This document shows, one piece after another, positions 52,939 to 64,000 of a DNA stretch of 64,000 bases. Both the position numbers and the translations under genes were made by a program. Each line of letters begins with the position of its first letter. Position 1 is the stretch's first letter. Origin of the DNA: Azolla caroliniana (taxonomy: Eukaryota; Plantae; Polypodiophyta); assembly GCA_043228905.1 (NCBI GenBank), contig JBHGNT010000011.1, positions 13,826,001 to 13,890,000 on the forward strand. Direction: 5' to 3'. The notes beneath the pieces are model-generated. The model did no database searches and was not told the origin of the DNA. It was given only the letters and a program-made list of their open reading frames with translations.

Positions 52939-55115
52939 ATGGCTGAAACCCTCACACCACAGCAGGTTCGTGAGTATAAAGAAGCTTTTGACCTCTTCGA
53001 CAAACGGAGAGATGGTAGCAGTTTCTCCACCTATTCCAAATGAGTCTTTCACCATTCTTCCCAAATGTTTTTTTTTTCCCCTGTTCTTCTTTTGCGCTGT
53101 TTTCACTGCTTTCTTGTTAGCTTTTCATGAGAAATTTTAGATGCACTCCATCCATTCGACTGACGTTTAAGATTATCTGCACCTTTTTTTGTATAAATTG
53201 GAACACGTGTATGATATTATTGTCTGATTTTTTTCTAATATTATGAAAAGGTAGATTTAAGCTCTGCATTTCTTTCTGAAGAACAAAGGTGTGAATTTCC
53301 AAACTTTATGCAACATTTCTAGGATTTAAGGTGTGAATTCTTCTGATGTTATGCAAAGATTGGAACATGTAAAATATTCCAAATGTTATGCCAAGACTAG
53401 AAGACATGTATAAGATAAGGCTCAATGAGTTTTATAATATTATGCAGGGCTTAAAAGAAAATTCTTTTGATGTTTTGTGAAAATTAGATGAAAGATGTAA
53501 AATCTTCTAAATGTTATGCAAACTAGAAGACATACATAAGACACTTGAGATTAGTGTTGTGCTTCTATGATATAATGCAAAGATTAGACCAAATATGTGA
53601 GATTAGGGGCTTCATTATTTTCTGATGGTTTGCAAAGCCTAGAAGAAATATGTAAATTCTCTCATAGTAATTAAATTTAGAAGACATCTGAATTTCTAAT
53701 GTTATGCAAAGTTTAGATGCAATCCATGTGAGGTTAGGCTTGTATTGAGTTCTTTCTAATATTATTAGAAATTTTAGAAATGTATGTGAGGTTAAGAGTT
53801 CTGTTGTTTTTTCTGATGTTTATGCAAATATTAGAAGAAATATATGTGAGGTTAGGGTTCTATTGAGGTTGTTCTGGTGCTATGCAAAGGCTAGACAAAA
53901 TGTATGTGAGAATATGGTTAAACAATCTCTTTGTAGGTTTTATTGCAAGCAAAGATCTTGGTACATTGATGCGGTCGCTTGGGCAAAACCCAACTGAAGG
54001 AGAGGTTCAAGATATGATCAATGATGCTGATCCAATGGGGAAAGGCACCATTGAGTTTGGTGCATTCTTACCTCTCATGGCCCACAAGCTCAAGGTAAAT
54101 AAAAAATCTCAGACATAACAGGTACTAAATACCTATTATTCTCAATGTGGGAATGACATCTTGTCTGTACTGTTAACCACCTGGTCATCATGAAACATGT
54201 CTTTGTTAATCAGCTAAAATAACAAGAGATTACCACAACATACCCATATCTGGAAGAATTTAACATATATTTTGTTAAACAATATACATACATACATATA
54301 TTGACCAGTTATGCTCTCTTGCCCAATCTTTGCAAGCAGGAATTTATTTATCCTCGTTTGGGGAATGACAACAATTTCATCCTGAACATTCGCCATCACA
54401 CTGTTGTGGACATTTCACTACGTTAGCATTATCCAAAAGAAAAAATGCTATTATTTTTCATCCCATGGGTTGAAAAAACTGAAATTGTAAAGCTGTATTT
54501 TAAGAAGTATGAGCATCTTACATGTATCATAGATTTTGTCAAAGAGTATGCAAAATGTTGTGAAAACCTGAAAAATGTTATTTATACAATTTCAGGGTTT
54601 CTTAGGCTTAGATTTACAGGCTTCAATCAAAATGGCAGATAGTAGCTAATGCACATTACATACGACATGTTTTACAGGATAATGATTCAGAGGAAGAACT
54701 AAAGACTGCTTTTCAGGTTTTTGACAAGGAGGGGAATGGTTTCATTTCAGCTGGAGAGGTCATAGGCCTTAAAACTCTCTCTCATACACACACACATGCA
54801 TGCACAACAAGTGTACATAATGAACAAATGAGAGATTGTGACATGTTTATTAGTTTATGTTTTGAGTAGCACATCCCCGTTATGAACCAAATGAGACTTC
54901 ATGGCATACATAAATCTTGTTACTTCTTTAAAGACTTGCCAGTGACATTGTGTCTTGGCCTAATCATGTATATGGTGCAGTTTCGACATCTGATCACAAA
55001 TCTAGGAGAGACATTAACAGATGATGAAGCAGATGAGATGATCCGTGAATCTGGTATCGATCCTGAAGGTCAGATCAAGTATGATGATTTTGTCAAGCTG
55101 CTGCTCTCCAAGTAA
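52939..55115 (+). CDS. Calmodulin-like EF-hand protein, 149 aa, 4 exons
   Basis: Exons 52939-53014, 53937-54094, 54678-54758, 54981-55115. Calmodulin framework ([54 protein letters not shown]). Confidence 0.93.
53130..53920 (+). repeat. Degenerate ~55-65-bp tandem repeat array in intron 1 of the calmodulin-like gene
   Basis: Recurrent ttctgatgttatgcaaa...tagaag...atgtgaggttagg units fill most of the intron. Confidence 0.7.
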
Positions 55116-56206
55116 ACATAAAAATACCTTTTTGGGGGGTTTCGGAAACTCTCTCACATCCAGTAAGGGTCTAGATGGCTTGATGATGTATCCATTTTAT
55201 ACAATGCAAGGCCATATTCAGTAGACATGTCTACTTAACATTATTAAGATTTCAGATCAACTTGAAATGATCAGGTCCTGATCAATCAATGTGTTTATAT
55301 AAACAAGGACGTGATGTGGAGAACTCTTTTAATTAAATAAAATTATAAATAGGACAAGATATGGTGCTCTTGGAATAATTTGTTGACTTGGTTAGAACAT
55401 TCACAAATTTGGGTTTTCGATTATTCGAGAAAGTTTGTGGAATGCATCAGTAAGCTTTAAAGGTTACTGATGCAGGGCAACATATGAAATGGCAACCTTG
55501 CTGCACTTTTGCAACTTTGGGAGTGCCATGTTCTCACCTACACAATTCAATCTTTTCCATGGTGGAAAGAGTTATTACAATGTTCTTGATGTTCCTCATA
55601 AACAAATTAAATATATTCTGTCACACAAATCCAATATTGCATGCCAAAGATTTCGGTTTCTTAAAATCGTAGTCCTTGCACACACATCCAATATTGCATG
55701 CCAAAGTTTTCCGTTTCTTAAGAATCTTAGCAATATGTATTAGAGATCAGGTTCTTAATCCTCTACTACAAGATGAATTTGCTAATAGATCAAAACTTAT
55801 AATAAATTGATAAGTTTCTGAAGGGTTCATAAAAAAGAGTAAATGATGACATAAGGGTATCAATAAGAAGGAAAGGAAAAGGTGCTGCAGCAGTGACAAA
55901 TCCTGATTTACCCTTACTAAAATGAACCTTTAAAATCATTACTTAAGTATGGAGCAATAAATCAAGTAATTTCCATTAAAAGAACCAAGATTGTAGGCCC
56001 AACAAGCATTGTCACTAACACTAGTATATGTTCTGATTCCAAAACTATATTCACAAAGAGAACATATTTTACATCAACCAAATGATGATGCATTCCCGTA
56101 ATGGCTTTTTAGCCCATGCATGTCCTATTAACATGTATTCACAAGATATCCTGCAATCAATAAACACTAACAAACTGGCACACTAAAAACATGGACAGTT
56201 AACACC

Positions 56207-56736
56207 TCAAAGCCTGCTAGTCACAATGGGAACTTTTCGTGAAACTGGTTTGATCGGAGGTTGCTTTTTAGGGATATGGATGGTGAGGAGTCCATCTCCG
56301 ACCTTTGCTTTTATATCCTCAACTCTGATTTCATCTGGCAACTGGAAGCGACGAAGAAAGCGCCCTTGAGGTCTCTCCACTAAATGCCATTCAAATTCAC
56401 CTTTCTCATCTTCTTGTGGTTGCTTATATTCCCCACTAATCTCCAATATGCTACCTTCGTGAATTTGAACATCCACATCTTTCTTGCTCAAGCCTAGGGG
56501 GGAGAAGGCAGGACATCTCTCTTAACGATTAGAAAATCTATCTTTCTATCTATCTATGACTCGGTGGCTATGCTCCATAGTAGTTTAATATGCAGATACA
56601 TACCTGGAATGTCTGCTTTGAAGATGTGGGCAGTGGGGGTCTCTATCCAGTCCACCAGCAGCGAAAAAGAGGCCTCTGCAGGGAGTGAGGAGAGGAAGAG
56701 CAAGGGGGTGGAGGTTCTACGAGCCAGCAAATCCAT
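56207..56736 (-). CDS. Peroxisomal small heat-shock protein (HSP15.7-like), 2 exons, 139 aa
   Basis: Exons 56736-56604 and 56493-56207. Alpha-crystallin domain (VDWIETPTAHIFKADIPG...WHLVERPQGRFLRRFQLP...GLLTIHIPK) with the C-terminal PTS1 tripeptide SRL. Confidence 0.92.
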
Positions 56737-56805
56737 TACTCCGCTTTACCTGTCTATCTCTGTTCTCTGCTCTGTGTCATTCAATTCATGTACAGGCTAA
56801 CAGGC

Positions 56806-56873
56806 TATTAAAAGATGATCCTCCTCTAGAAGCTTCCTTAGACAATAAGAAGCCATGGGGGTTCTCTAGAATC
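56806..56873 (-). promoter_or_regulatory. TATA-like box and heat-shock elements of the small HSP gene
   Basis: Minus strand TTTTAATA at 56813-56806. GAAgcTTCtaGAG (nGAAn inverted units) at 56836-56824. A second partial TTCtaGAGAA at ~56871-56862. Confidence 0.65.
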
Positions 56874-57279
56874 TCTTTTTCTTCAATTCCAAAACTACCC
56901 CTCAATAATATCTACATATTTATTTATTTATTTATTTATTTAACACCTTTCAAAATTCACGGCTTACCCTTCCCTTTCTCACCAAGCCCTTTCGAATATA
57001 TGTACTCTCTCTGGGCCTCCTCCGTGGGTTTTTTCCTGTTGATCGTATTGTGTATGTTAAAACTACGCGACAATATATACATAACACCCTTTTTGTAGCT
57101 ATGACACTAGTGAGAATATGACGGGAAACTCTCGAGGCCGTTGTATGGCTAAGTGATATATATTATAAGGTAACTCCTCTCTTAAGGAAAAAGCCCCAAC
57201 TGAGCCTTGTTGCAACATCAAGAGAGAGAATAGAATGGATATTTTATTGTCCATTACAAATAGATGTATTTCGTAGAGA

Positions 57280-57343
57280 AACAAGATTCGAACCATGAAC
57301 CTTTACTTTATGAGGCATTATATTTACCAACAGGATAGCCCAC
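57280..57343 (-). mobile_element. tRNA-derived SINE-like head (degenerate)
   Basis: Minus strand GGCTATCCTGTTGGTA (A-box-like) ... CTCATAA loop ... GGTTCGAATC (B box). Stems are degraded. Confidence 0.4.
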
Positions 57344-57979
57344 AAGAGAGAGAAAGAGATATAATCTACACACTACTTTTATGGGGAAAAAAGAGTAGCT
57401 TGACTGTTAATCTAGACGGTATTGTAGTGACATTTTTATTCTTTGAGACTTTCAGTATGACTTGTAAGTTGTAGGTTATGAGCCCAAGGAATGTTTTACA
57501 AGGCAATAGAAAATGTTACGACTACAACAACATCTGTCATCTAGCTTTCAATTATCAAGTTGGGTACTTGGCACCATCACATCAACAATCAACGTTATAA
57601 CTTTACGAATGAGGCAATGATTAGAGAGCATCAAAGCAAATGGGGATCAACAAAATCGAATCAACCATAGGTTTTATGGCATGTTACCAATATGTCAGTG
57701 ATATTGTTAACATTTTATTGTTGATGCCTCAAGATGTAAACGTAAGTGAATCGTTGTAACAATTGTAAAGGAGGGGAGGGAATGCTTGGCGTTCAGAAAT
57801 TTTATTGTGATAATATGGTGGGTATATTGGGGTTTTCTCGCAAAAGTGCAATGGCAATGTGCTTATCCTACTATGGATGATATTGTTATCTTGGTGCACC
57901 ATTGGTCAAATAAGTACATTTGTTGCAACTTGTGAATTTTGCATGCTAGAATGAAGAATGTTTGTTCAACTCTCAACTA

Positions 57980-58797
57980 ATTCTCAATTGGACCGTGAAG
58001 TCGAAACAAGGAGTGCGGACGGTAGGCCATCGGTGGGTGCAATATGTAAGATGTAGAGTTATAGAGAAAAGGTTTAGGGTTTAGGAATTAGGGTTTGAGT
58101 CTTGGTTTTGGTTTTGGTTTAGGGTTAGGGTTTAAGAATTAGGGTTTAGTGTTTGTTTCGGGCTTAGGGTTTAGAGGATAAAAGGGTTTAGTGCAAGAGG
58201 GGGAAAAGTGAAAAGTAGCACCAAGAATAATTTGAGCACACCCAAATCATTTGACAAACTTGGTGTAAGTGAGGCATAATAAGAGATAGAGGAAGGGGAG
58301 GGAGAGAGAGAGAGAGAGAGAGAGAGACGAGGGATTAATCACTAACATTAAAACTAGAAACAAGTTAAAACATAACCATAAGCTAAATAGTCTAGATTAG
58401 AGAGAGGGAGAGATTAAGAAGGAGACTAATTTTCATTAAGAAAAAGGAAAAATTACAATACGATGGGTAATGGTCATGAGCATGACGTATTCTCAATTGG
58501 ACCGTGAAGTCAAAACAAGGAGTGCGGACGGTAGGCAATCGGTGGGTGCAATATGTAAGATGTAGAGTTATAGAGAAAAGGTTTAGGAATTAGGAATTAG
58601 GGTTTGAGTTTTGGTTTTGGTTTAGCTTTAGGTTTAGGGTTTAGTGTTTGTTTCGGGCTTAGGGTTTAGAGGATAAAAGGGTTTACGATTAAGTGCAAGA
58701 GGGGATAAAGTGAAAAGAAACACCAAGAATAATTTGAGCACACCCAAATCATTTGACAAACTTGGTGTAAGTGAGGCATAATAAGAGATAGAGGAAG

Positions 58798-58830
<33 letters not shown>

Positions 58831-59783
58831 GAGGGATTAATCACTAAAATTAAAATTAGAAACAAGTTAAAACATAACCATAAGCTAAATAGTCTAGATT
58901 AGAGAGAGGGAGAGATTAAGAAGGAGACTAATTTTCATTAAGAAAAAGGAAAAATTACAAAACGATGGGTAATGGTCATGAGCAAATACCCTTCCTCTTC
59001 TCTTTAACTAATGCTCGGAACTACATGTTGTAGCCAGCTTATATGCACAATCCTTATCACTCCCCCTCTTCTCCTTGATTTCTACAAAATTGCAAAAATG
59101 CCCCTCGTCTGTTTAACTAATTGTCACTCTACCCCTCTCCGTTTTTATGTTTTCACTCAAAATCCCCCATTTCTCTCCTCTTTCTCTTTCTCTTTTAATT
59201 TTTGTTACTCTTTCTCTATCTCTACCCTTCCCATTTTCTTTTCCTATATTTCACTCTACCCTCTCTCACCTCTATTCGTATACTCTACCCTTCCCCCTTT
59301 CATTTGAAATCACACTCTAACCCTCCTTTCTAACCCTCCTTCCTAATTTTCTCCTAAAATTCATTCTACCCCTCCATCTACTTTTCTCAATTTCATTATT
59401 TACCCCTCCCTCTATTATTTTGACATTTTTAATTCCTATCCTACCCTTCCTCTCCTCAAAATATTGGATACCCCTCCCCGTTTACTATTTTTTTCATACC
59501 CCTACCTCCTAGTTTCACTCATACCCCTAATTCCTCCTAGTTTCACTTATACCTCTCTCCTACACTTTTATTAAACCTAATCTTTAGATTATATTCACAC
59601 GTTGCCCCTCTCCTCCCTTTCTATATATTTTAAACATTACCCCTCCCCTTAACCTTTCTTTTTAGTAGCTTTTTATTTAGGGTTTGCCTTATGACTTTGT
59701 GAGGAGTGCGGGTCGATATACCCTTTCTCTCTTCTCTAACTCCTACCTCTCTCTCTTTTTCCTTTAGCTTTCTTACTTTTTAT

Positions 59784-59835
<52 letters not shown>

Positions 59836-60467
59836 GTTTTTCTTATCACAATATACCCTTTCATTTTCATATTCCTTTTTTAGTCTTCTACCCTCACTGA
59901 TCTCTCGCTTTTTTTTTGCTTACCTTACCCCTCCTCGTCTTTTTTTCTAAATCCTTAGCCTCCTCTTTGTAAGAAGTCCCTTCGTTTTCTTTTTACTCTT
60001 TCTCCACCTTTCTATTTTTATATTTCTACCCTCACCCATGTTCTACTTTTTCTTACCCTACCCCTCCCATCCTCTTCCTAAATCTATAGCCTTCCCCTTT
60101 ATTTTTCCCACACACACATGTCTCTCTCCCTTACCTCTCTCCTCTTTCCTTTCTCTCTCTTACTTTTTGTAGTTTACACACACATCTCTCTCCTCTCTCT
60201 CCCCTTTGCTCTCTTAATTTTTTTCACGTTTTCCCACTCTCTCTCCTCCTATATCTACTCACTCCCCTGTCTACTCATTCCCTCTCTCTCTCTCTCTCTC
60301 TCCTTCCCTTCTCATCATCTCATGACCATTACCCATCGTTTTGTAATTTTTCCTTTTTCTTAATGAAAATTAGTCTCCTTCTTAATCTCTCCCTCTCTCT
60401 AATCTAGACTATTTAGCTTATGGTTATGTTTTAACTTGTTTCTAATTTTAATGTTAGTGATTAATTC

Positions 60468-60519
<52 letters not shown>

Positions 60520-60832
60520 CCCTTCCTCTATCTCTTATTATGCCTCACTTACACCAAGTTTGTCAAATGATTTGGGTGTGCTCAAATTATTCTTGGTGTT
60601 TCTTTTCACTTTATCCCCTCTTGCACTTAATCGTAAACCCTTTTATTCTCTAAACCCTAAGCCCGAAACAAACACTAAACCCTAATTCTTAAACCCTAAA
60701 CCAAAACCAAAACTCAAACCCTAATTCCTAAACCCTAAACCTTTTCTCTATAACTCTACATCTTACATATTGCACCCACCGATTGCCTACCGTCCACACT
60801 CCTTGTTTCGACTTCACGGTCCAATTGAGAAT
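57980..60832. repeat. Foldback-like structure: two tandem ~500-bp arms, a 1.33-kb C/T-rich spacer and one inverted arm
   Basis: Arm A1 57980-58482, A2 58489-58984 and inverted A3 ~60319-60832 all start ATTCTCAATTGGACCGTGAAGTC. The arms carry degenerate TTTAGGG repeats and (AG)n. The spacer is rich in TACCCCT-like motifs. No coding ORF. Confidence 0.9.
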
Positions 60833-61177
60833 GTGAGAAAAACATAGAAGAAAGGAATTGTTACAATGGCTACTACAAAACCAGTTTTGTTTTGATTATT
60901 TTTCATTCATGTATACTTATTTCAAGAAGTTGTAGCTTCTTTAGTTGAAACATTATAAATCAACCATTAATGTTCCAAAATGTTTTCAATTCAAAGCTTT
61001 TCAGTTGAAATGCATTTAATATCAAAACCAATTGTGTTGCTAGATTTCTAGTATATTGTTAGTTACAACTACATGGTTTTGGTAAGTAATTGTTGATTGT
61101 ATCAAGCTTTAAATTGTAGAGATTGCGCCGACAAATTGGAATTGTGTAAAACTTTGCATAATTTTCTCTTGATATTG

Positions 61178-61910
61178 TTATCTAATAGAGGAACGTATGT
61201 AAACTTTCTGTAATATGATGATGGCAAAATCTCCTCTTGGCACAATGATTACTTCGTAGTCTTTTGCACGCACTCGTAGAAGTGTCATTTCTTGCTGGAA
61301 AATAAATCAAGCATCATTTGCCACAAAAACATTAGGGTGGCTTGACAAAAATAAGATGCAAATATTCCAATATACTCACTGTCGGATCAATGGACTGCAA
61401 TGCGTAATTTGCCTTTGATGCAAGTGGACCCAAAAACACTGCATGCTAAGGAGCAAAGAAGAACAATATAAATAATCACTATGATTTTATTTGGTACAGT
61501 AGTAACTTAAGGGTGCCAACCAAATAAAAATTCCTGTGTTGTTAGTAAGGGAAGATTAACTCAGTAGAGTATTATATGACCATGTTGCCATATCCTTTGT
61601 GAAAAAAGTAGCTAATGCTTCACAATTACATGCATATTTACTGATGATTTTTGTGAGGATATATACCTTCAACGTTGTTGCCTCGTCCATGGTACTTTTA
61701 ATGGGTATTCCCATACAAGAGACAATCAATGTTCCAAGGACACCTATAATTGCCAACATTTCTATTAGAATACCAATCCCAATCAATCAATGGCATTCCC
61801 ATCAAGATTCCTCTATGTCTGTTTTCATTCAGGCATCCCCTCTTATTGAATATATTACCTTTGTGAGAAGAAATACGCTTGAATGTTTCCTCCACTTCAT
61901 GCTGCAACAT
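61178..61910 (-). CDS. Dynein light chain roadblock/LC7 family protein (5' end uncertain)
   Basis: Exons (61910 or 61901)-61859, 61743-61667, 61445-61380, 61294-61178 (GT-AG, in phase). They give HEVEETFKRISSHKGVLGTLIVSCMGIPIKSTMDEATTLKHAVFLGPLASKANYALQSIDPTQEMTLLRVRAKDYEVIIVPRGDFAIIILQKV, collinear with roadblock (EVEETLKRIQSHKGV...GIPIRTTLD...DIDPQNDLTFLRIRSKKHE). Confidence 0.88.
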
Positions 61911-63757
61911 TAACAAAAAACAATTATGGCATATGTGTTTAAAGAAGAAATTACAATTTTGACTTGAATCCTGAAAGTAAATAACTATCACATAACTTTT
62001 GACCTGTCAATATCTTGCAAGCCTTTATTAAATTTCTATGAAGGGAATCTAAAGTTTGAGCCCATGTCATGGTAAAGTAAAAACATGAAAACTAAAACTT
62101 CTAAACATGATGCAACCCTAAACTTCACTAACAAACTTGATCTTATCAATTATTGTCCTTAAACTACTTACTTATGAGATTCTAATATTTCCACATATTT
62201 CACTAACATTTCAAAATGCTTGAAATATATTTCATATGTGACCACTGTACTAGGAGACATATAGGATCAAGAATCTTTGGTCAAAACAGGTTGCATTTTG
62301 GTCACAAATATGCACCAAAGACAAAAAAAGAAATGGCACATTTCAATTACAGCATTTACATTTGTTCATCATTTCCTTCACCATTCATTGTATGTGTGCT
62401 TGATCAACCTCAATCCATATCAATTTGCTTGTATGCTAGAATTCAGGTGCCAACGTAATCTTGTTGTTTGTATGATAAATTGAGCCTGAGTCTGATTTTG
62501 TAATCTGTCCCTAGGATGGTCATTTCTTCAAGGTGATAATGCTTGATATGCACATGCTTTAGTATGCATTTGTTGGTGCTTAAATATGAAAATATGTGAG
62601 CATGTATGTGTGTTTGTGTGAGTGTATCCTCGTTCTTGCTCAGAAGATCCATGTTTTTCATGTCTCCATGAAATGCATCAGTGGCCATTTTCGTACCCTA
62701 ATTTTATGAACATTTCTAAATTGCATTGTATAATAGATATATACATTCTCCTCAAAAGATCCCTGAGAAAATAAGCCCTTGAAGAACCAAAAAATGCATG
62801 ATAGACTGCCAAGCCTTGATCAGTAGTATACATTGAACATAATGGTTAAGTTTGCATTAAGGTAATAAAAATCCAAACGAAACTATTTCAGACTTCTACT
62901 AAAAATCCTATTAATTTCATCGTATTTCCTCAAAAAATAAAATTATACTAAAATTCCCATTAAAATTTGTGGTATTTTCTCAGAGCTTCGTTATTATCAT
63001 GCATGGACAAGAAAGTTGTTGATTATTAAAGGAAAAAACATTGAGAGGTATTAACCTTCCTCCGGTACAATTTTGCTGATGCCAATAGTTGATCAGCTTC
63101 TCTTTGAAGAGCTTCTTCATCGCCCGAAACGTCCATGGAGGTTTCGAAAATGGTGTTTTATTTCCAGTGTCCTCTTTAATAATAGATAAAAAGTGAGTAT
63201 TTTGCCGATAAAAACGCCATGCTTTTCCTACTGTGGGCCTGGAGCAATTCACAACAGTCCGATTTTAACATACAAAAGTTCTCCCTCTGTGGAAGGAAGG
63301 ATTTCGAAAAACCCGTAAATCAGTGAAAGAATCCTTCGAATGAACGATCTGAGAAATGAAAAGAAAGAGATGAAAGCAAACCCGACTCTTCTTCTTTCTC
63401 GTTTTCGCCTCTGCGTTCTCTCTCGCTCGCTCTCGCTACGTCTGTTATGCTTCTTCTTGAACTACATATATCTTTATACGTATTTACCAACGAAACCCTT
63501 AAGTTTCCATAATTCCCCAAAATGCCCCTAGCCTCTTTGCAGCTTGAACTACCCCCAAGCATTCCTTATATCCCTACACACCCAAAGGCCAAACCTCCTC
63601 CCCTCCATGGAAAACCAACATTTCCTCCGACGAATAATAGTTGCTCCCGTAGATGACTGACCCAACTACGTAGAGATATCGCTCCCGCCATTGTCGCTCG
63701 TAGATAGGTGAAAGTGACTTTGTATGGTGCTTGACATGAGGGATGCCACACAATCAC

Positions 63758-64000
63758 TTAGATGCCAAGTTTTGAAGATGAATTGCATTGTCCCTTCTTA
63801 TTCGGTTTGAAGAATGCTTCGAGGAAGTCAACCATGAATCCCCCCATTCGATTGGATATGTTGCCGACATGCAAAGCTCCCTTTATGATAGCAAATCGGA
63901 GCCCCACACCAACAACCCCACCCAAATAAGAGGCATTGCTTCGCTTCCATATTGGTAATGAAAGTTATTGATAAGCTAAGTGCTACAAGAACCCAATACA
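63758..64000 (-). CDS. Candidate small cysteine-rich peptide, 5'-partial
   Basis: The frame is open at the window edge: YWVLVALSLSITFITNMEAKQCLLFGWGCWCGAPICYHKGSFACRQHIQSNGGFMVDFLEAFFKPNKKGQCNSSSKLGI*. A hydrophobic leader is followed by 6 Cys. No recognised family. Confidence 0.25.

Noticed and set aside
57980-58030. Hammerhead ribozyme in the foldback terminus (GAC-cgtgaa-GTC-GAAAC looks like stem II plus GAAA)
   Set aside because: The required CUGANGA core is absent upstream (it reads CTCAATTG).
60640-60832. Telomerase RNA gene or true telomere (CTAAACCCT motifs)
   Set aside because: The motifs are multiple degenerate copies inside a three-copy repeat arm. No USE/TATA promoter was recognised and there is no pure terminal array.
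62443-62688. ATG 62688 (good context) as first coding exon of the LC7 gene
   Set aside because: No in-phase GT donor was found to join it to the 61901 acceptor; left unresolved.
62980-63252. 90-aa minus-strand ORF or organellar insertion
   Set aside because: GTG start, no recognisable similarity; probably intron or UTR of the LC7 gene.

Overview
Land-plant nuclear DNA, most likely a fern or another flagellate-sperm plant. This is inferred from a PLS-E class PPR gene of fern-like type, a roadblock/LC7 dynein light chain gene and an RTE-X-like LINE. Nine protein-coding genes can be built by hand with GT-AG introns: eIF5 (5'-truncated by the window), a PLS-E PPR, LPAT2 (11 exons), COX16 (3 exons), a long coiled-coil protein, AUG1/HAUS1 (6 exons), a calmodulin-like protein with degenerate EF-hands (4 exons), a peroxisomal small HSP ending in SRL (2 exons) and roadblock/LC7 (4 or more exons, fragmented in the ORF track). 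Mobile DNA includes a decayed full-length Ty1/Copia with an unusual in-frame pol tail; a gag-only LTR element with a tRNA-Trp primer site, a 4-bp TSD and an antisense tRNA-like Pol III cassette in both LTRs; a decayed LINE carrying a solo LTR; two copies of a 9-bp-TSD Mutator-like MITE; a retroposed U6 snRNA pseudogene; and a 2.85-kb foldback structure with ~500-bp arms containing telomere-like repeats. All calls come from reading the sequence and recalled family motifs; no database search was run.
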